Below are positions 9,317 through 19,454 of a stretch of 64,000 bases of DNA, piece by piece (the stretch's first letter is position 1; the number at the start of each line of letters is the position of its first letter). This stretch comes from a virus: the IMG/VR virus record IMGVR_UViG_3300047440_000809, positions 40,564 to 104,563 of that record. One strand, written 5' to 3'. The position numbers were made by a program, and so were the translations under genes. The notes beneath the pieces are model-generated. The model ran no database searches, was not told the DNA's origin, and worked only from the letters and a program-made list of their open reading frames with translations.

Positions 9317-10471
9317 ATGAACAACAGGATCATTCACGCGGCGCTTTTCACCCCCACCCCCGAAGGCTTCTGGGGCCTCCCCACCCTGGGCTGGGGCAAG
9401 CCGGGCACCGGCAAGACCAAAGGCATCGGCGCCGCCGCCGCTGCGGCCAACCTCCCCTTCTACCGGCTGTCACCGGCCGAGGCAGGCGAGGGACAGTTCG
9501 GCGTGGTCCCGGTCCCGGGCGCGGACGGCTTCCTCCACTACCCGGCGCCCGAGTGGGTGCAGAAGTTCAACACGGGCCGAGGCGGCGTGCTCTTCGTGGA
9601 CGAGATCTCCACCGCCCCGCCGGCGCTCCAGGCGCCGCTTCTCGGGCTCGTGCAGCTCCGCGTGATCGGGGCGTACACCTTCGGGCCGCGGGTGCGCATC
9701 ATCGCCGCCGCCAACGAGACCCAGGACGCCGCGGGCGGCTGGGACCTCGCTCCCGCGCTCGCCAACCGCTTCGGGCACTTCGACTTCGAGGGGCTCTCTT
9801 CCACCGACTGGGTCACGGGGCTCCTGGGGGGCTTCGCCAACACGGACGACACCCAGCACGTTGACGCCGAGGCCGAAGAGGCCCGCGTCATGCGCGAATG
9901 GCCGAGCGCCATCGCGATGGCCCGGGGGCTCGTCGCCGCGTTCATCAAGGTCCGCCCCGAGCTGCTGCACAAGCAGCCGTCGCGCGCCAGCAACAACACG
10001 AGTCGTGCGTGGCCGTCACACCGGTCGGTCGAGTACGCCACCCACGCCCTGGCGAGTGCCCGCGTGCACGGGCTCAACGAGGTCGACGCGGACGAGTTCG
10101 TGGGGGGCTTCGTGGGCCTCGCCTGGGTGACCGAGTTCGCCACCTTCCGCCAGAACCTCGACCTGCCCGACCCCGCCGAGCTGCTGGACGGCAAGGTGAC
10201 GTTCGAGCACAAGTCCCGCCGCCTCGACCGCACGATGGCCGTGCTGTCCTCGATCGCCGCCCTGGTGGTGCCCGAGAACGCCACGAAGCGCAAGGAGCGG
10301 GGCAACGCCGCCTGGCGGATCATCGAGACCGTGGTCAAGGACTCGGCGGACGTGGCGATGCCTGCCGCCACCGCCCTGGCGCGGGCCCGGATGGTCGGCC
10401 CCGACTTCCCCGCCCACAAGGGGCCCCTGTCGAAGCTGTTCCCCACCATGAAAGAGGCGAAGGTCGCGTAG
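9317..10471 (+). CDS. MoxR-like AAA+ ATPase
   Basis: Walker A GKPGTGKT, Walker B LFVDE, AAAN sensor, ALANRF arginine finger; RBS AGGGAG. Confidence 0.9.
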   Translation: MNNRIIHAALFTPTPEGFWGLPTLGWGKPGTGKTKGIGAAAAAANLPFYRLSPAEAGEGQFGVVPVPGADGFLHYPAPEWVQKFNTGRGGVLFVDEISTAPPALQAPLLGLVQLRVIGAYTFGPRVRIIAAANETQDAAGGWDLAPALANRFGHFDFEGLSSTDWVTGLLGGFANTDDTQHVDAEAEEARVMREWPSAIAMARGLVAAFIKVRPELLHKQPSRASNNTSRAWPSHRSVEYATHALASARVHGLNEVDADEFVGGFVGLAWVTEFATFRQNLDLPDPAELLDGKVTFEHKSRRLDRTMAVLSSIAALVVPENATKRKERGNAAWRIIETVVKDSADVAMPAATALARARMVGPDFPAHKGPLSKLFPTMKEAKVA

Positions 10472-10478
10472 GCGGCTC

Positions 10479-10508
10479 CTGATATCAGGACTGGCATCAG
10501 ACCTGCAA
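10479..10508 (+). promoter_or_regulatory. TGATATCAG box plus sigma54-type promoter
   Basis: CTGATATCAGGAC-TGGCATCAGACCTGCA. Confidence 0.6.
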
Positions 10509-10520
10509 AGGATGGGGACC

Positions 10521-11894
10521 ATGGCACTCGACGCACGAAGCAAGCTGGCAGCTGCAATCATCCGGGTGGTGGGCGTGGACCCCTACAACACCGACGCCAA
10601 CAAGCGCGGGCTGGCTCCGTACTTCGGGGCCATCCTGCGCGGGTTGGTACGGCGCGAGGCCCCCGGGCTCGGCACCATCGGCGTGTCCAAGGTCGGGGTG
10701 CTCTACTGGGACCCCGCCTTCGTGGACAAGACCACCACCGAGGAGCTGTCCGCGGGGCTCATCCACGAGGTCATGCACGTGGCGCTCAAGCACTGCCAGC
10801 GCTTCGAGGACATGGGCGTGGTCGCGGAGGCGACCTCGGACCAGGGTGCCAAGGCGTTCATCGCGAACATGGCGGCCGACCTCGCAATCAACCCGGACGT
10901 CGAGAAGATGGCGGCGCTGCCGAAGGGCGGTCTGTTCCCCAAGGACTTCGACCTGCCGGACGGGCTCGTGATGGAGGAGTATTACCGGCTGCTGCTCAAG
11001 CAGGCCGAGGAGCAACAGCAGCAGGATGGCGGCGGGGGACAGGGCGAAGAGGACGGTGAGGGCGAGGACGGTGAGGGACAAGGGCAAGGCAACAAGCAGG
11101 GCAAGCCCGCGGTCGGGAAGGGCTGGTGCGGATCGTGCGCCGGCCACCCGCTGCCCCAGGAGCCCGCGGCGCAGGGCAAGAAGGACGAGGAGGGACGCAG
11201 CGAGGCCGACATGGAGCGCTTCCGCAAGCAGAGCGCGGAGGCCGTGCGGGAGGCGGCGCAGAAGAACCGGGGGTTCGTGCCGGACTCGCTCAAGGTCTGG
11301 GCCGACCAGATCCTCTCGCCCCCGAAGATCCCGTGGCGGGAGAAGCTGGCGCGCATCGTGCGCGGGGCGGTCGCCTACAAGAGCGGCGCGGTGGACCTCA
11401 CCTGGAAGCGCCCGAGCCGGCGGCAGGCAGGCGTGGGCTACGGCATCGGGCGGCCCATCGTGCCGGCGATGCACGCGCCCGTGCCGGACGTGGCGGTGGT
11501 CGTGGACACGAGCGGGAGTATGGGCGACAGCGACCTCGCGGCGGCCGCGTCCGAGCTGGGCGGCGTGCTCGACGCGGTAGGCGCCAAGGTCACGGTGGTC
11601 GCCTGTGACGCCGAGGTACACGGGCTCCGCGAGTGCAAGACCATCCACGAGGCGGTGGAGCTGTTCGTGGGCGGGGGCGGCACCTCGATGGAGCCGGCGA
11701 TGCAGGCGCTCCTGGAGAAGCGGCCTCAGCCGAGCGTCGTCATCATCTGCACGGACGGACACATCGGGGACGGGTACTTGAAGCACGAGCCGCCCTACAA
11801 GGTGATCTGGTGCGTGGTCGGGGCGGGCGGCAACACGGAGCCGTGCCCCTACGGGGACGTGGTGGTCGTGGACGACAGCGCGGTGCAGTCATGA
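10521..11894 (+). CDS. metallopeptidase-like plus vWA domain protein (DUF2201-like MoxR partner)
   Basis: HEVMH zinc motif, acidic linker, MIDAS DTSGS, GGGGT, CTDG. Confidence 0.88.
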   Translation: MALDARSKLAAAIIRVVGVDPYNTDANKRGLAPYFGAILRGLVRREAPGLGTIGVSKVGVLYWDPAFVDKTTTEELSAGLIHEVMHVALKHCQRFEDMGVVAEATSDQGAKAFIANMAADLAINPDVEKMAALPKGGLFPKDFDLPDGLVMEEYYRLLLKQAEEQQQQDGGGGQGEEDGEGEDGEGQGQGNKQGKPAVGKGWCGSCAGHPLPQEPAAQGKKDEEGRSEADMERFRKQSAEAVREAAQKNRGFVPDSLKVWADQILSPPKIPWREKLARIVRGAVAYKSGAVDLTWKRPSRRQAGVGYGIGRPIVPAMHAPVPDVAVVVDTSGSMGDSDLAAAASELGGVLDAVGAKVTVVACDAEVHGLRECKTIHEAVELFVGGGGTSMEPAMQALLEKRPQPSVVIICTDGHIGDGYLKHEPPYKVIWCVVGAGGNTEPCPYGDVVVVDDSAVQS

Positions 11895-12385
11895 TCCGCG
11901 ACGTCAACAACTCCGACCTCGACAAGGCACTCCGCCGCCTGCGGAATCGCCTGACGAAGCTGCCCGCCACCACCGACCGTCCCATTGCTCGCCGCAACGC
12001 CCGGCGCTCGGTGCTCTCGGCCATGAGCCTGCTGAGGGCGGCAGTCGATCGGCTCTACCCGGCCATCGTCGAGCGCAAGGAGGTCGTGCGGCTCAAGACC
12101 ACGAAGGGCCGGCTCGACCGCATCCGGAAGGCGGGCTGGCGGGACGTCCCAGGCGACCCCGAGGATATCGCGCAGTACGCGGCGGCCGGGGTGCGCGTGC
12201 GGCGCATCGTCATCAAGGATCCGGTTGGTCCGCTTCAGCCCCGCGATTACGTAACTCGTACCTTCTGGTTCGTGCCCGGTTGGGCGGCGGCCATTGGGTC
12301 CGACAAGCATCGCGAGCTGGCCGAGGCCAAGCGGTCGCGGACGGCACAGCGTGCCGCCCTTGCGGCGGAGGCGCTCACCACGTAG
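11891..12385 (+). CDS. hypothetical basic protein
   Basis: ATGA coupling. Confidence 0.6.
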   Translation: MIRDVNNSDLDKALRRLRNRLTKLPATTDRPIARRNARRSVLSAMSLLRAAVDRLYPAIVERKEVVRLKTTKGRLDRIRKAGWRDVPGDPEDIAQYAAAGVRVRRIVIKDPVGPLQPRDYVTRTFWFVPGWAAAIGSDKHRELAEAKRSRTAQRAALAAEALTT

Positions 12386-12389
12386 CTCG

Positions 12390-12437
12390 TGATATCAGGA
12401 CTTGTACCTGGCATTCAGTTTGCTAATCTGTTGGCAC
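12390..12437 (+). promoter_or_regulatory. TGATATCAG box plus sigma54-type promoter
   Basis: TGATATCAGGACTTGTACC-TGGCATTCAGTTTGC-TAATCTGTTGGCAC. Confidence 0.65.
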
Positions 12438-12451
12438 GGAGGGAGATAGAG

Positions 12452-13369
12452 ATGAGCACAGCAAGAGTAACCGATTACGTCATCACCCCGGAGGCGGTCG
12501 AGACCGCCGGGTGCGTCACCTACTGGCGCGTGTCGGGCGACGTCAACATCGATGCGTTCACCAAGGCGTGGATCGACGCGGGCCTGGACGCGAAGTTCCT
12601 GCGCAAGGCGCCGGAGCCTGCGACCGCGCTGCGCCGTGCGGTCCTGGGCCTCGCTGATCGGAAGGCGGTCGGCGAGACGAAGGAAATCCGCACGCTCGTG
12701 CGTCCGCAGCAGGAGCCCCACTCCTGGGCGGTCGTCACCGAGGTCGTGGAGAAGGGCGAGGCGCCACGGTACAGCACGCAAGTCATCGTCAGCTTCGTGG
12801 ATGGTCACCCCCAGTTCGAGACGCTCACCCACAGCGAGGAGGACGCGTCGAACATCAGCGCTCGCGTCCTCCTCGCCTACAACAGCCAGCAGGGCTCGTT
12901 CGCCACGGAGGACATCACGGGCTGGCTGGTCAAGCTGGCGCGCCTCCAGGGCGCCATCACCCTGCGCGAGTCGGGCGGCGTCTACTTCATCCCCCGTCCG
13001 TCGATGGACTTCTGGACGAAGGCCGCCGACGTGGTCGAGGCGGTATCGGGCAAGGGCCATCAGGTCTTCCGCATCCCGGCCATGAAGAACTCAGAGGCCG
13101 TGGCCGCCATCGTGGACGCGATCCAGGCCGAGGCCGCCAAGGTCGCCGAGACGATGGAGGAGGAGCTGCTCGCGACCGGCGACGACCAGCTCGGCAAGCG
13201 CGCCGTCAAGACCCGGCAGACGGACGTCGAGGCGCTGCTCGGCAAGCTCGCCGACTACGAGACCCTGCTCGGTCTCCAGCTCGACGTGCGGGCGCGGGTC
13301 GAGGCGCTCCAGGCCAACCTCGCGGCGGCGGCCATGTTGGCGCTGCCGGGAGAGGCGGTGTCGTCGTGA
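12452..13369 (+). CDS. DUF3150/DUF6744-like protein of AAA/vWA loci
   Basis: LRESGGVYFIP motif, coiled-coil C-terminus; same AGGGAGATAGAGATG RBS as the ATPase. Confidence 0.65.
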   Translation: MSTARVTDYVITPEAVETAGCVTYWRVSGDVNIDAFTKAWIDAGLDAKFLRKAPEPATALRRAVLGLADRKAVGETKEIRTLVRPQQEPHSWAVVTEVVEKGEAPRYSTQVIVSFVDGHPQFETLTHSEEDASNISARVLLAYNSQQGSFATEDITGWLVKLARLQGAITLRESGGVYFIPRPSMDFWTKAADVVEAVSGKGHQVFRIPAMKNSEAVAAIVDAIQAEAAKVAETMEEELLATGDDQLGKRAVKTRQTDVEALLGKLADYETLLGLQLDVRARVEALQANLAAAAMLALPGEAVSS

Positions 13370-13830
13370 CCATCACCGCCGATACGACGACAGGCGAGCT
13401 GGAGAGAGTGTTTGCATACCTCCGGTGCCCCTTCCGCGTCATCCCGCGCCGTCTGAGCGGAGGCGGCTTCACCTTCATCATCCAGGTGCAGGTGCCGGGC
13501 GGTAGCGCCACGTTCTCCAACGCCTCGTTCGCGGCGGCGCTCGACAGCTCCATCGCTTTCATGACGTTGCAGAAGCACGAGCGGGTCGCCACAGCCACCG
13601 CTGACCCGGAGGGCGCGCGCGTCGGCCCGGCGCCGATGCCCGATCCCACACGGGTTGGCTACGCGACCGCCCCCGCCCACTGCGCGGCGTGCGGGCACGG
13701 GGAGGACTCGGGCACGAGCTACAACCCGCTCGAACCGTGCATCAACTGCGGCGCCTCCACGCCGTGCACGTTGCCGAACGGCCACGAGGACGGCCAGCAC
13801 AGGGTGCATGAGGAAGAGGCCGTACAGTGA
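13366..13830 (+). CDS. hypothetical protein with C-terminal Zn-finger
   Basis: CAACG...CINCG...CTLPNGH. Confidence 0.55.
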   Translation: MTITADTTTGELERVFAYLRCPFRVIPRRLSGGGFTFIIQVQVPGGSATFSNASFAAALDSSIAFMTLQKHERVATATADPEGARVGPAPMPDPTRVGYATAPAHCAACGHGEDSGTSYNPLEPCINCGASTPCTLPNGHEDGQHRVHEEEAVQ

Positions 13831-14021
13831 CCTTCACCGGCGTCAAGACCTTCACGGGGACGACCTCGGGCGCGCGGGAGACACTCGGGGACAAGTTCAA
13901 CCTCTGGCTGCGTCAGCACCGCGAGGTCGAGGTGGTCGAGACGCGCGTTCTCCAGTCGTCAGATAACGCGTACCATTGCTTGACGATCATATGCTTCTAC
14001 AACACCAAGGAGTCGTCATGA
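13827..14021 (+). CDS. small hypothetical protein
   Basis: Coupled ORF; VKTF...HCLTI. Confidence 0.6.
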   Translation: MTFTGVKTFTGTTSGARETLGDKFNLWLRQHREVEVVETRVLQSSDNAYHCLTIICFYNTKESS

Positions 14022-14683
14022 ACTTCTTCAGGGACACCTCGATCGGGTTCGGCGTCATGTTCACGCTCGTGCTCCTCTGCATGCTCGGCTGCGGGTCCGT
14101 GGATGCGCTGGCAGTGCCAGACGGCGGGGGCGAGGCAGCGGCGGGCAGCGGTGGCGCAGGCGGAGCGGCAGGGACGATGGGCATGGGCGGCTCGACGGGC
14201 GGCAGCATGGCCGGAGCCGGCGGGGGCGCCGCGGGCGCAAGTGGCGGAGCTACCGGTGCGGCAGGATCGGCCGGGCTGCCGCTCGGGGCTGCGTGCACGG
14301 CGAACAGCGCATGCAGCGCGCCGCACATCTGCGCGGCCGACGTCAACGGTGGGATGGCCTGCTGCGACGGGCACCCCGATGCCTGCAACGCGTGCGTGCA
14401 GGGCCACCTCCAGCCGGTAGCGGACGGCACGCTGTGCGGATCGGCGCCGCCGCCGGGGACCATCATCTGCACCGGCACGTACACGATGGCGCCGGGCAAC
14501 ATCGAAGTCTACCCGTCGATCAGCGCCAACGCGTGCACGGGCGGAACGTGCGGCCCCGCGGTCCTGTCGTGCGCCAGCCAGGTCACGTGCCCGTCCGGAC
14601 TGCACCCTGGATGCCGCGTGGACATCCTCTCCAGCGGCCCGGCCAAGATGGAAGGGGCGGGCTGCGGCTGCGCGATGTACTGA
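14018..14683 (+). CDS. Gly-rich, Cys-rich lipoprotein of myxobacterial style
   Basis: Signal peptide plus MLGC lipobox, GAGG linker, multi-Cys domain. Confidence 0.7.
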   Translation: MNFFRDTSIGFGVMFTLVLLCMLGCGSVDALAVPDGGGEAAAGSGGAGGAAGTMGMGGSTGGSMAGAGGGAAGASGGATGAAGSAGLPLGAACTANSACSAPHICAADVNGGMACCDGHPDACNACVQGHLQPVADGTLCGSAPPPGTIICTGTYTMAPGNIEVYPSISANACTGGTCGPAVLSCASQVTCPSGLHPGCRVDILSSGPAKMEGAGCGCAMY

Positions 14684-14892
14684 AATGGGTCTTGGCAAGG
14701 ACGATCAAGGGCGCCGGCGCCCGTGGCGCGAAGTCGTGCACATCGATGACCGTGACACACGCGGTGGTGGATCGTGCTGGTTCTTGACGCTCGCGTGTGG
14801 CCACTACAAGACGGTGTCGGTGCCGCTGGCGAGCAATCCGTTCAGAGGGATACTGTGCCGGCCGCCTCGTGCCCCCTTCCGCGTCCGCTGTA

Positions 14893-15792
14893 TTAGCTGC
14901 CCGTCCGAAGCCGATACGCCAGCTCCACCGCCGGCCGCGCGTCCTCGATCCCATGGCCGCGCCCGGCGAGCGTCTCGCGGTATACGGTCGAGTGGAGATT
15001 CTCGAAGCCAATGAGCTGCGTGCGGTATCCGTCCATGTCGATGTAGCGTTCCGCCTCGCCGTTCGCTGCATCCTGCCCATCGATCGAGAGTAGCCACTCT
15101 ACGTTTGCGCGTTCGAGCCGCAATACTCCCCTAGCGCGCGTTGCGGATCGCTGGACGTTCGCGATGGACTCGCCGGGGCCGAACAGCCACAGCAGAAGGT
15201 CGAGCATATGGATGCCGATGTTCGTGATGAGCCCACCGCTCTTCTCCTCAGCACCCTTCCAGCTTCGCGCGTACCAGCGGCCGCGCGGCGTGACGTAGTG
15301 GAGCTTCACCTGATCCGCACGGCGTGTACCAGGAAGACGAAGGGACTGACGTAGCGCTTTTAGCTTCTCTGCATGTCGGAGCTGCAAGACAGTGAAGACG
15401 CGCCGCTGGTCTTCTGCGCCGAGCCCGAACGCTGTCTCCACGTCGCTGAGCGCATCCAGGTTCTTCGGGTCGAGCACGAGCGGCTTCTCGCAGATCACCC
15501 GAGCACCAGCGCGCAGCCCGAGGCGCACGTGCGTGTCGTGCAGGTGATTCGGTGAGCACACCGAAAGCCAGTCGATGCCGTTGCCCTCGCGCCGCAGCTT
15601 CTCCAGGTGACGCTCGAACCGCTCGGGCTCAGTGAAGAACTCCGTGTCGCGATCGAACCTGTCTAGCACCCCCACCGCATCGTGGAGGTCGAGCGCGGCC
15701 ACGAGCTTGCCGCCGACGTCCTTGATGGCCTGTAGGTGGCGGGGGGCGACGAAGCCGGCGGCGCCGATGAGCGCGAAGCGCGGGGGGGTCAC
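14893..15792 (-). CDS. wbpB: UDP-GlcNAcA 3-dehydrogenase (Gfo/Idh/MocA family)
   Basis: FALIGAAGFVAPRH, CSPNHLH, CEKPLV, WKG..KSGG..TNIGIH match WbpB/WlbA. Confidence 0.88.
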   Translation of the reverse strand: MTPPRFALIGAAGFVAPRHLQAIKDVGGKLVAALDLHDAVGVLDRFDRDTEFFTEPERFERHLEKLRREGNGIDWLSVCSPNHLHDTHVRLGLRAGARVICEKPLVLDPKNLDALSDVETAFGLGAEDQRRVFTVLQLRHAEKLKALRQSLRLPGTRRADQVKLHYVTPRGRWYARSWKGAEEKSGGLITNIGIHMLDLLLWLFGPGESIANVQRSATRARGVLRLERANVEWLLSIDGQDAANGEAERYIDMDGYRTQLIGFENLHSTVYRETLAGRGHGIEDARPAVELAYRLRTGS

Positions 15793-16181
15793 GCCGGCAC
15801 CGGAGGCGCCAGGAGCGCCTGCTCGCCCTTGAGCGCCAACGATGTCTCCTCGATCAGGTCGTCCTTGGCGCGAATGACCTCATCGGCTACCCCGGGGCGC
15901 CTCACGACGATGAACAGCTCGCGCCAGATGATCGTGACCATCTCCGGGTCAGCGCACTTGGCGTACTCCCCGAGCCACCATGCCCCGTTACCGGTCGAGC
16001 GGCTGTACGGCTCGTGCCGCCTCCAGACCTTGCCGATAACGGTGCCTGACGGGACGGTGCAGGAGTAGTCGTCGAGGTCTTCGAGGTGTTCGAGCGGGAT
16101 CGTGGCTGTCTTCTCGTCCAGCTTGAGCCCGAGATCGACGAGCTTCTGCTTCCACTTCTCCTCTTCCTTCGTCCAGTCCAT
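15789..16181 (-). CDS. hypothetical protein
   Basis: DYSCTVPSGTVIGKVWRR phage-type motif; coupled to wbpB. Confidence 0.55.
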   Translation of the reverse strand: MDWTKEEEKWKQKLVDLGLKLDEKTATIPLEHLEDLDDYSCTVPSGTVIGKVWRRHEPYSRSTGNGAWWLGEYAKCADPEMVTIIWRELFIVVRRPGVADEVIRAKDDLIEETSLALKGEQALLAPPVPA

Positions 16182-16239
16182 GGCGCTCAGCCTATCCCAT
16201 TGACGCTGTGCCAACAATACAGCATCATCGGTGACTGGC

Positions 16240-16389
16240 ATGGAGAAAAAGACGACGACGATCACCATTCGCCTCACCGTGGAGCTGAAGACTCAGATCT
16301 ACGAGGCGATGGCACGCGAGCGTCGCAGCCTGACCAACTTCGTCGTGTGTGCGCTAGAAGATCGAATCGCGGCCAAGAAGGACAGCTAG
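16240..16389 (+). CDS. ribbon-helix-helix regulator (49 aa)
   Basis: Hand translation MEKKTTTITIRLTVELK...ERRSLTNFVVCALED; TAGTG overlap with the GT gene. Confidence 0.7.
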   Translation: MEKKTTTITIRLTVELKTQIYEAMARERRSLTNFVVCALEDRIAAKKDS

Positions 16390-17771
16390 TGAAGATCGTC
16401 GTCCTCGACTCCACCTCGATCCCTGGCGTCACACACGGCCCCGGGATGCCCGCCTACTTCAGCCGCCCTGCTATCGACTACCTCACGCAGCAACTCAAAC
16501 ACGAGGTCGTCATCGCCGACAGCTTCGACCCAGCGCTGTGCGCAGCCGCCGACGTGGTCTGGGCCGAGTGGATAACCGAGCCGGCGTACCAGGCGGCGGC
16601 CTCGGGTGTGTGCAAGCGGCTCGTGCTCCGCTGCAAGGGGTTCGACGCGCACGGCCCCCTCGACCAGCTCCGGTGGAACAACGTAGACGCGCTCGTGTAC
16701 GAGAGCCCGCACGTGCGCCGGTTGGCCGAGGTGCGCTTCCCTGCGCTCGCCGACTTCAAGCCGGTGTTTGTCTTCCCGAGCGGCCTCGACCTCACGGCCA
16801 TCCCGTTCAAGGAGCGCCAAGCGGGACCGGTCATCGCGTTCGTCGGACGCGCGGTGGCGGACAAGGGCTACCAGCTCGCGTACGAGTGGGCGCGCGAAAA
16901 GCCGCTGTTTCAGTTCCACATGACGTGCTCACTCGCCGAAGCGAACCCGCGCTTCATGGGCTACCTCGAACACGCGCGCCCACCGAACGTGACCTTGCAC
17001 GGCACCGTGGACGATCCGGTGAAGTGGCTCCAGCAGATTGACGCAAACTACTTCCTGTCGGCGTCCATCCAGGAGGCGCCGGGGTATGCGATTGCCGAGG
17101 CGATGGCGCTCGGGATCAAGCCGCTCATCCACGATGGCCCTGGGATCTCCGACCACTGGCCGCTCTACCTCACATGGCGGAGCTTCGACGATCTGAATCG
17201 GATGATGGCGCTACCCCACGACTCGGCGCTCTATCGGCAGATCGTCGATAACCAGTTCGACGCCTTCCAGCGCTCGAAGGAATTCGCGTCGGTGCTGCTC
17301 GATGCTCCTGCTCGCGACACCACCGCGGCCGTGAAGGTGGCGACGCAGCAGGCAGAGACCGTTACCACAGCGACAATCGAGCACGTGTTCGGCGCGATCC
17401 GCCGTGCGGTCGACAATCCCAACTATCCCATGGACGTGCTCGACGCCGGCGTCACCAGCTTCCGTGCACAGACCGAGTTGCACGGCGAATACGCGGAGCT
17501 GCGCTACGGCGCGGCACTCGGTGCGGCCATCGCGTTCTACAACCACAGCGATCTCGCCCGCGCTGAAGTGTGGGCGTGCCGTGCCCTCCTCGACTTCGCG
17601 CGGCCGGACGTGCTCGTCCTACTCGGGGAGATCGCGCTCGGCCGCGGAGATCGCCAGGGCGCCACCCAGTGGTTCAAGGCTGCGTGCGCAGTGGACGACG
17701 TGCCACATCCACATCGGAACGTGGGGCTGACCGAGCGCCGGCGGGAACGTCTGAAGGAAGCGCTGCGGTGA
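16389..17771 (+). CDS. GT-B (GT4-like) glycosyltransferase with C-terminal TPR-like region
   Basis: FVGR..DKG, SIQEAPGYAIAEAMALG; helical C-terminus. Confidence 0.8.
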   Translation: MKIVVLDSTSIPGVTHGPGMPAYFSRPAIDYLTQQLKHEVVIADSFDPALCAAADVVWAEWITEPAYQAAASGVCKRLVLRCKGFDAHGPLDQLRWNNVDALVYESPHVRRLAEVRFPALADFKPVFVFPSGLDLTAIPFKERQAGPVIAFVGRAVADKGYQLAYEWAREKPLFQFHMTCSLAEANPRFMGYLEHARPPNVTLHGTVDDPVKWLQQIDANYFLSASIQEAPGYAIAEAMALGIKPLIHDGPGISDHWPLYLTWRSFDDLNRMMALPHDSALYRQIVDNQFDAFQRSKEFASVLLDAPARDTTAAVKVATQQAETVTTATIEHVFGAIRRAVDNPNYPMDVLDAGVTSFRAQTELHGEYAELRYGAALGAAIAFYNHSDLARAEVWACRALLDFARPDVLVLLGEIALGRGDRQGATQWFKAACAVDDVPHPHRNVGLTERRRERLKEALR

Positions 17772-18427
17772 ACCCCGCCATCCCCAAGGTCTTCCACCAG
17801 ATCTGGATCGGGCCCAACCCGCTCCCCGACGAGTTCAGGCGCTACGCGCGCACGTGGCTCGAAAGCCATCCAGGCTGGGAGCTGGAGCTGCACACCGAAG
17901 CCACACTCAAGACGCGCTACCGACACATCATCTCGCAGTGTCGCGAGTACCGGCACGCCGCCAACATCTTCCGCTACGAGCTGATGCTCGAAACCGGCGG
18001 TGTCTATATCGACACGGACTTAGAGTGCCTGCGGAACATCGAAGAGCTGCTCGACGCCGACTTCGTGACGGCCGCTCAGCGAGACATCCTGTTCGGCCCT
18101 GATGCCATCAACAATGCCTTCTTCGCGTGCATCCCACGGCATCCCGTCCTGCAACGGCTAGTCGCGGCGATTCCGGTGACCTACGAAGAGAACCTGCACG
18201 CGGGTGCCTTCGGAAAATCCCACTTCGGCCCGGCGCTATTCACGCAGCATGTGATGCTCGGGTACGCGCGCAGCGTGGAAGACGTAATCATCCTCGACCG
18301 CAAGCTCTTCTACCCGTACGGCCCGCACGAGCTTGCTCGGCGCGACGAAGCCTTCCCCTATGCCTATGCCGTGCACCACTGGGCGTCGTCGAAGGGTCTC
18401 ACCGGTAAGGGCATCCTCTCGCTGTGA
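17768..18427 (+). CDS. GT32/Och1-like DxD glycosyltransferase
   Basis: IPKVFHQIW, RYE..GGVYIDTD, GP, YAVHHW. Confidence 0.88.
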   Translation: MNPAIPKVFHQIWIGPNPLPDEFRRYARTWLESHPGWELELHTEATLKTRYRHIISQCREYRHAANIFRYELMLETGGVYIDTDLECLRNIEELLDADFVTAAQRDILFGPDAINNAFFACIPRHPVLQRLVAAIPVTYEENLHAGAFGKSHFGPALFTQHVMLGYARSVEDVIILDRKLFYPYGPHELARRDEAFPYAYAVHHWASSKGLTGKGILSL

Positions 18428-19422
18428 CCCTGCGCGTCCTCTACGTGTCAGCCTATCCCCTCCCCTATTCGGAGTCGTACACGCACACCGAGATTCGTTG
18501 GATGCAGGCGCAAGGAGTCGACGTGCGACTGTGGGCGAAGAGCAGGGCCAACGCCCCCGGGTATCCACTCGCCGCGCACGAGACAATCGGCGGTTCGGTC
18601 AGCACCGTCATCAACGAGTTCAAGCCCCACGTGATCCACAGCCATCGCGTGGACTCGGCGCTTGCTGTCTGGCCCACCGCCGACATGCGCGGCATCCCGC
18701 TGACGATCCGCGGGCACAGCGTGGACTTCGCCGAGCGTGACTACCGAAAGCTCACCGGTGCGGCGCGCATCTGGCTCTTCCCCCACATGGCGGTGCTCTT
18801 CCCCGACCAGCCAAACGTCGAGGCGATGCCCGTGGCCTACGACTCCACCTTGTTCTACCCCGAAGAGCCGGACCCGCGGCGCTACGTGGTGCGCGCTGGG
18901 TTCTGCAACACGAACAAGGACGTCTCGGGGTTCATGGCTGTCGCGCAGCTGTGCCCGACGTTAGCGTTCGAGCTGATCGTGACCGGTCCATACCGCGAGT
19001 TCATCGAGGAGGTCGAGGCAGCGGCACCACCGAACGTGCGCATGCACAAGACCAAGACGAACGAGGAGGCGGCCGCGATCGTGCGCAAGGCGTGGGTCTG
19101 CCTCCGGAGCCACGACACGGGCGCGCACGCCTACGGGATGCCCGTGTCGATCGCCGAGGCGATGGGCGCCGGACTGCCAGTCGTCGTGCGAGCGCGAGAT
19201 CCCTACGGTACGGCGCGCTTCGGTCCGGAGGACTACGTGGGAACCGCGGGATGCCTCTACCAGACCCACGTCGAGGGGGCAAGGTTCGTACACGAGGCGG
19301 TCGGGTGGGCGCGTGCCCGGTGGGAAAAGGTCCGGACGGAGACGGTCATGCAGGCCGCCCGGTACCGCGCAGACGTCGTGCTCCCCCGCATGCTCGATAC
19401 CTGGCTCGACCTCGCAACTTGA
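18424..19422 (+). CDS. GT4-like glycosyltransferase
   Basis: YP..SESY..EI, HSH, GMPVSIAEAMGAGLPVV. Confidence 0.8.
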   Translation: MTLRVLYVSAYPLPYSESYTHTEIRWMQAQGVDVRLWAKSRANAPGYPLAAHETIGGSVSTVINEFKPHVIHSHRVDSALAVWPTADMRGIPLTIRGHSVDFAERDYRKLTGAARIWLFPHMAVLFPDQPNVEAMPVAYDSTLFYPEEPDPRRYVVRAGFCNTNKDVSGFMAVAQLCPTLAFELIVTGPYREFIEEVEAAAPPNVRMHKTKTNEEAAAIVRKAWVCLRSHDTGAHAYGMPVSIAEAMGAGLPVVVRARDPYGTARFGPEDYVGTAGCLYQTHVEGARFVHEAVGWARARWEKVRTETVMQAARYRADVVLPRMLDTWLDLAT

Positions 19423-19454
19423 CGGACGGTCGCCCTTCGGTTTCAATCGATCTC

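Noticed and set aside
9317-10471. Packaging ATPase or sigma54 enhancer-binding protein
   Set aside because: The motifs and vWA partner fit MoxR; there is no GAFTGA loop or FtsK/HerA signature.
9538-11786. Long antisense ORFs (9538-10557, 10497-11786 and many similar)
   Set aside because: Shadow ORFs of high-GC coding sequence, with no motifs.
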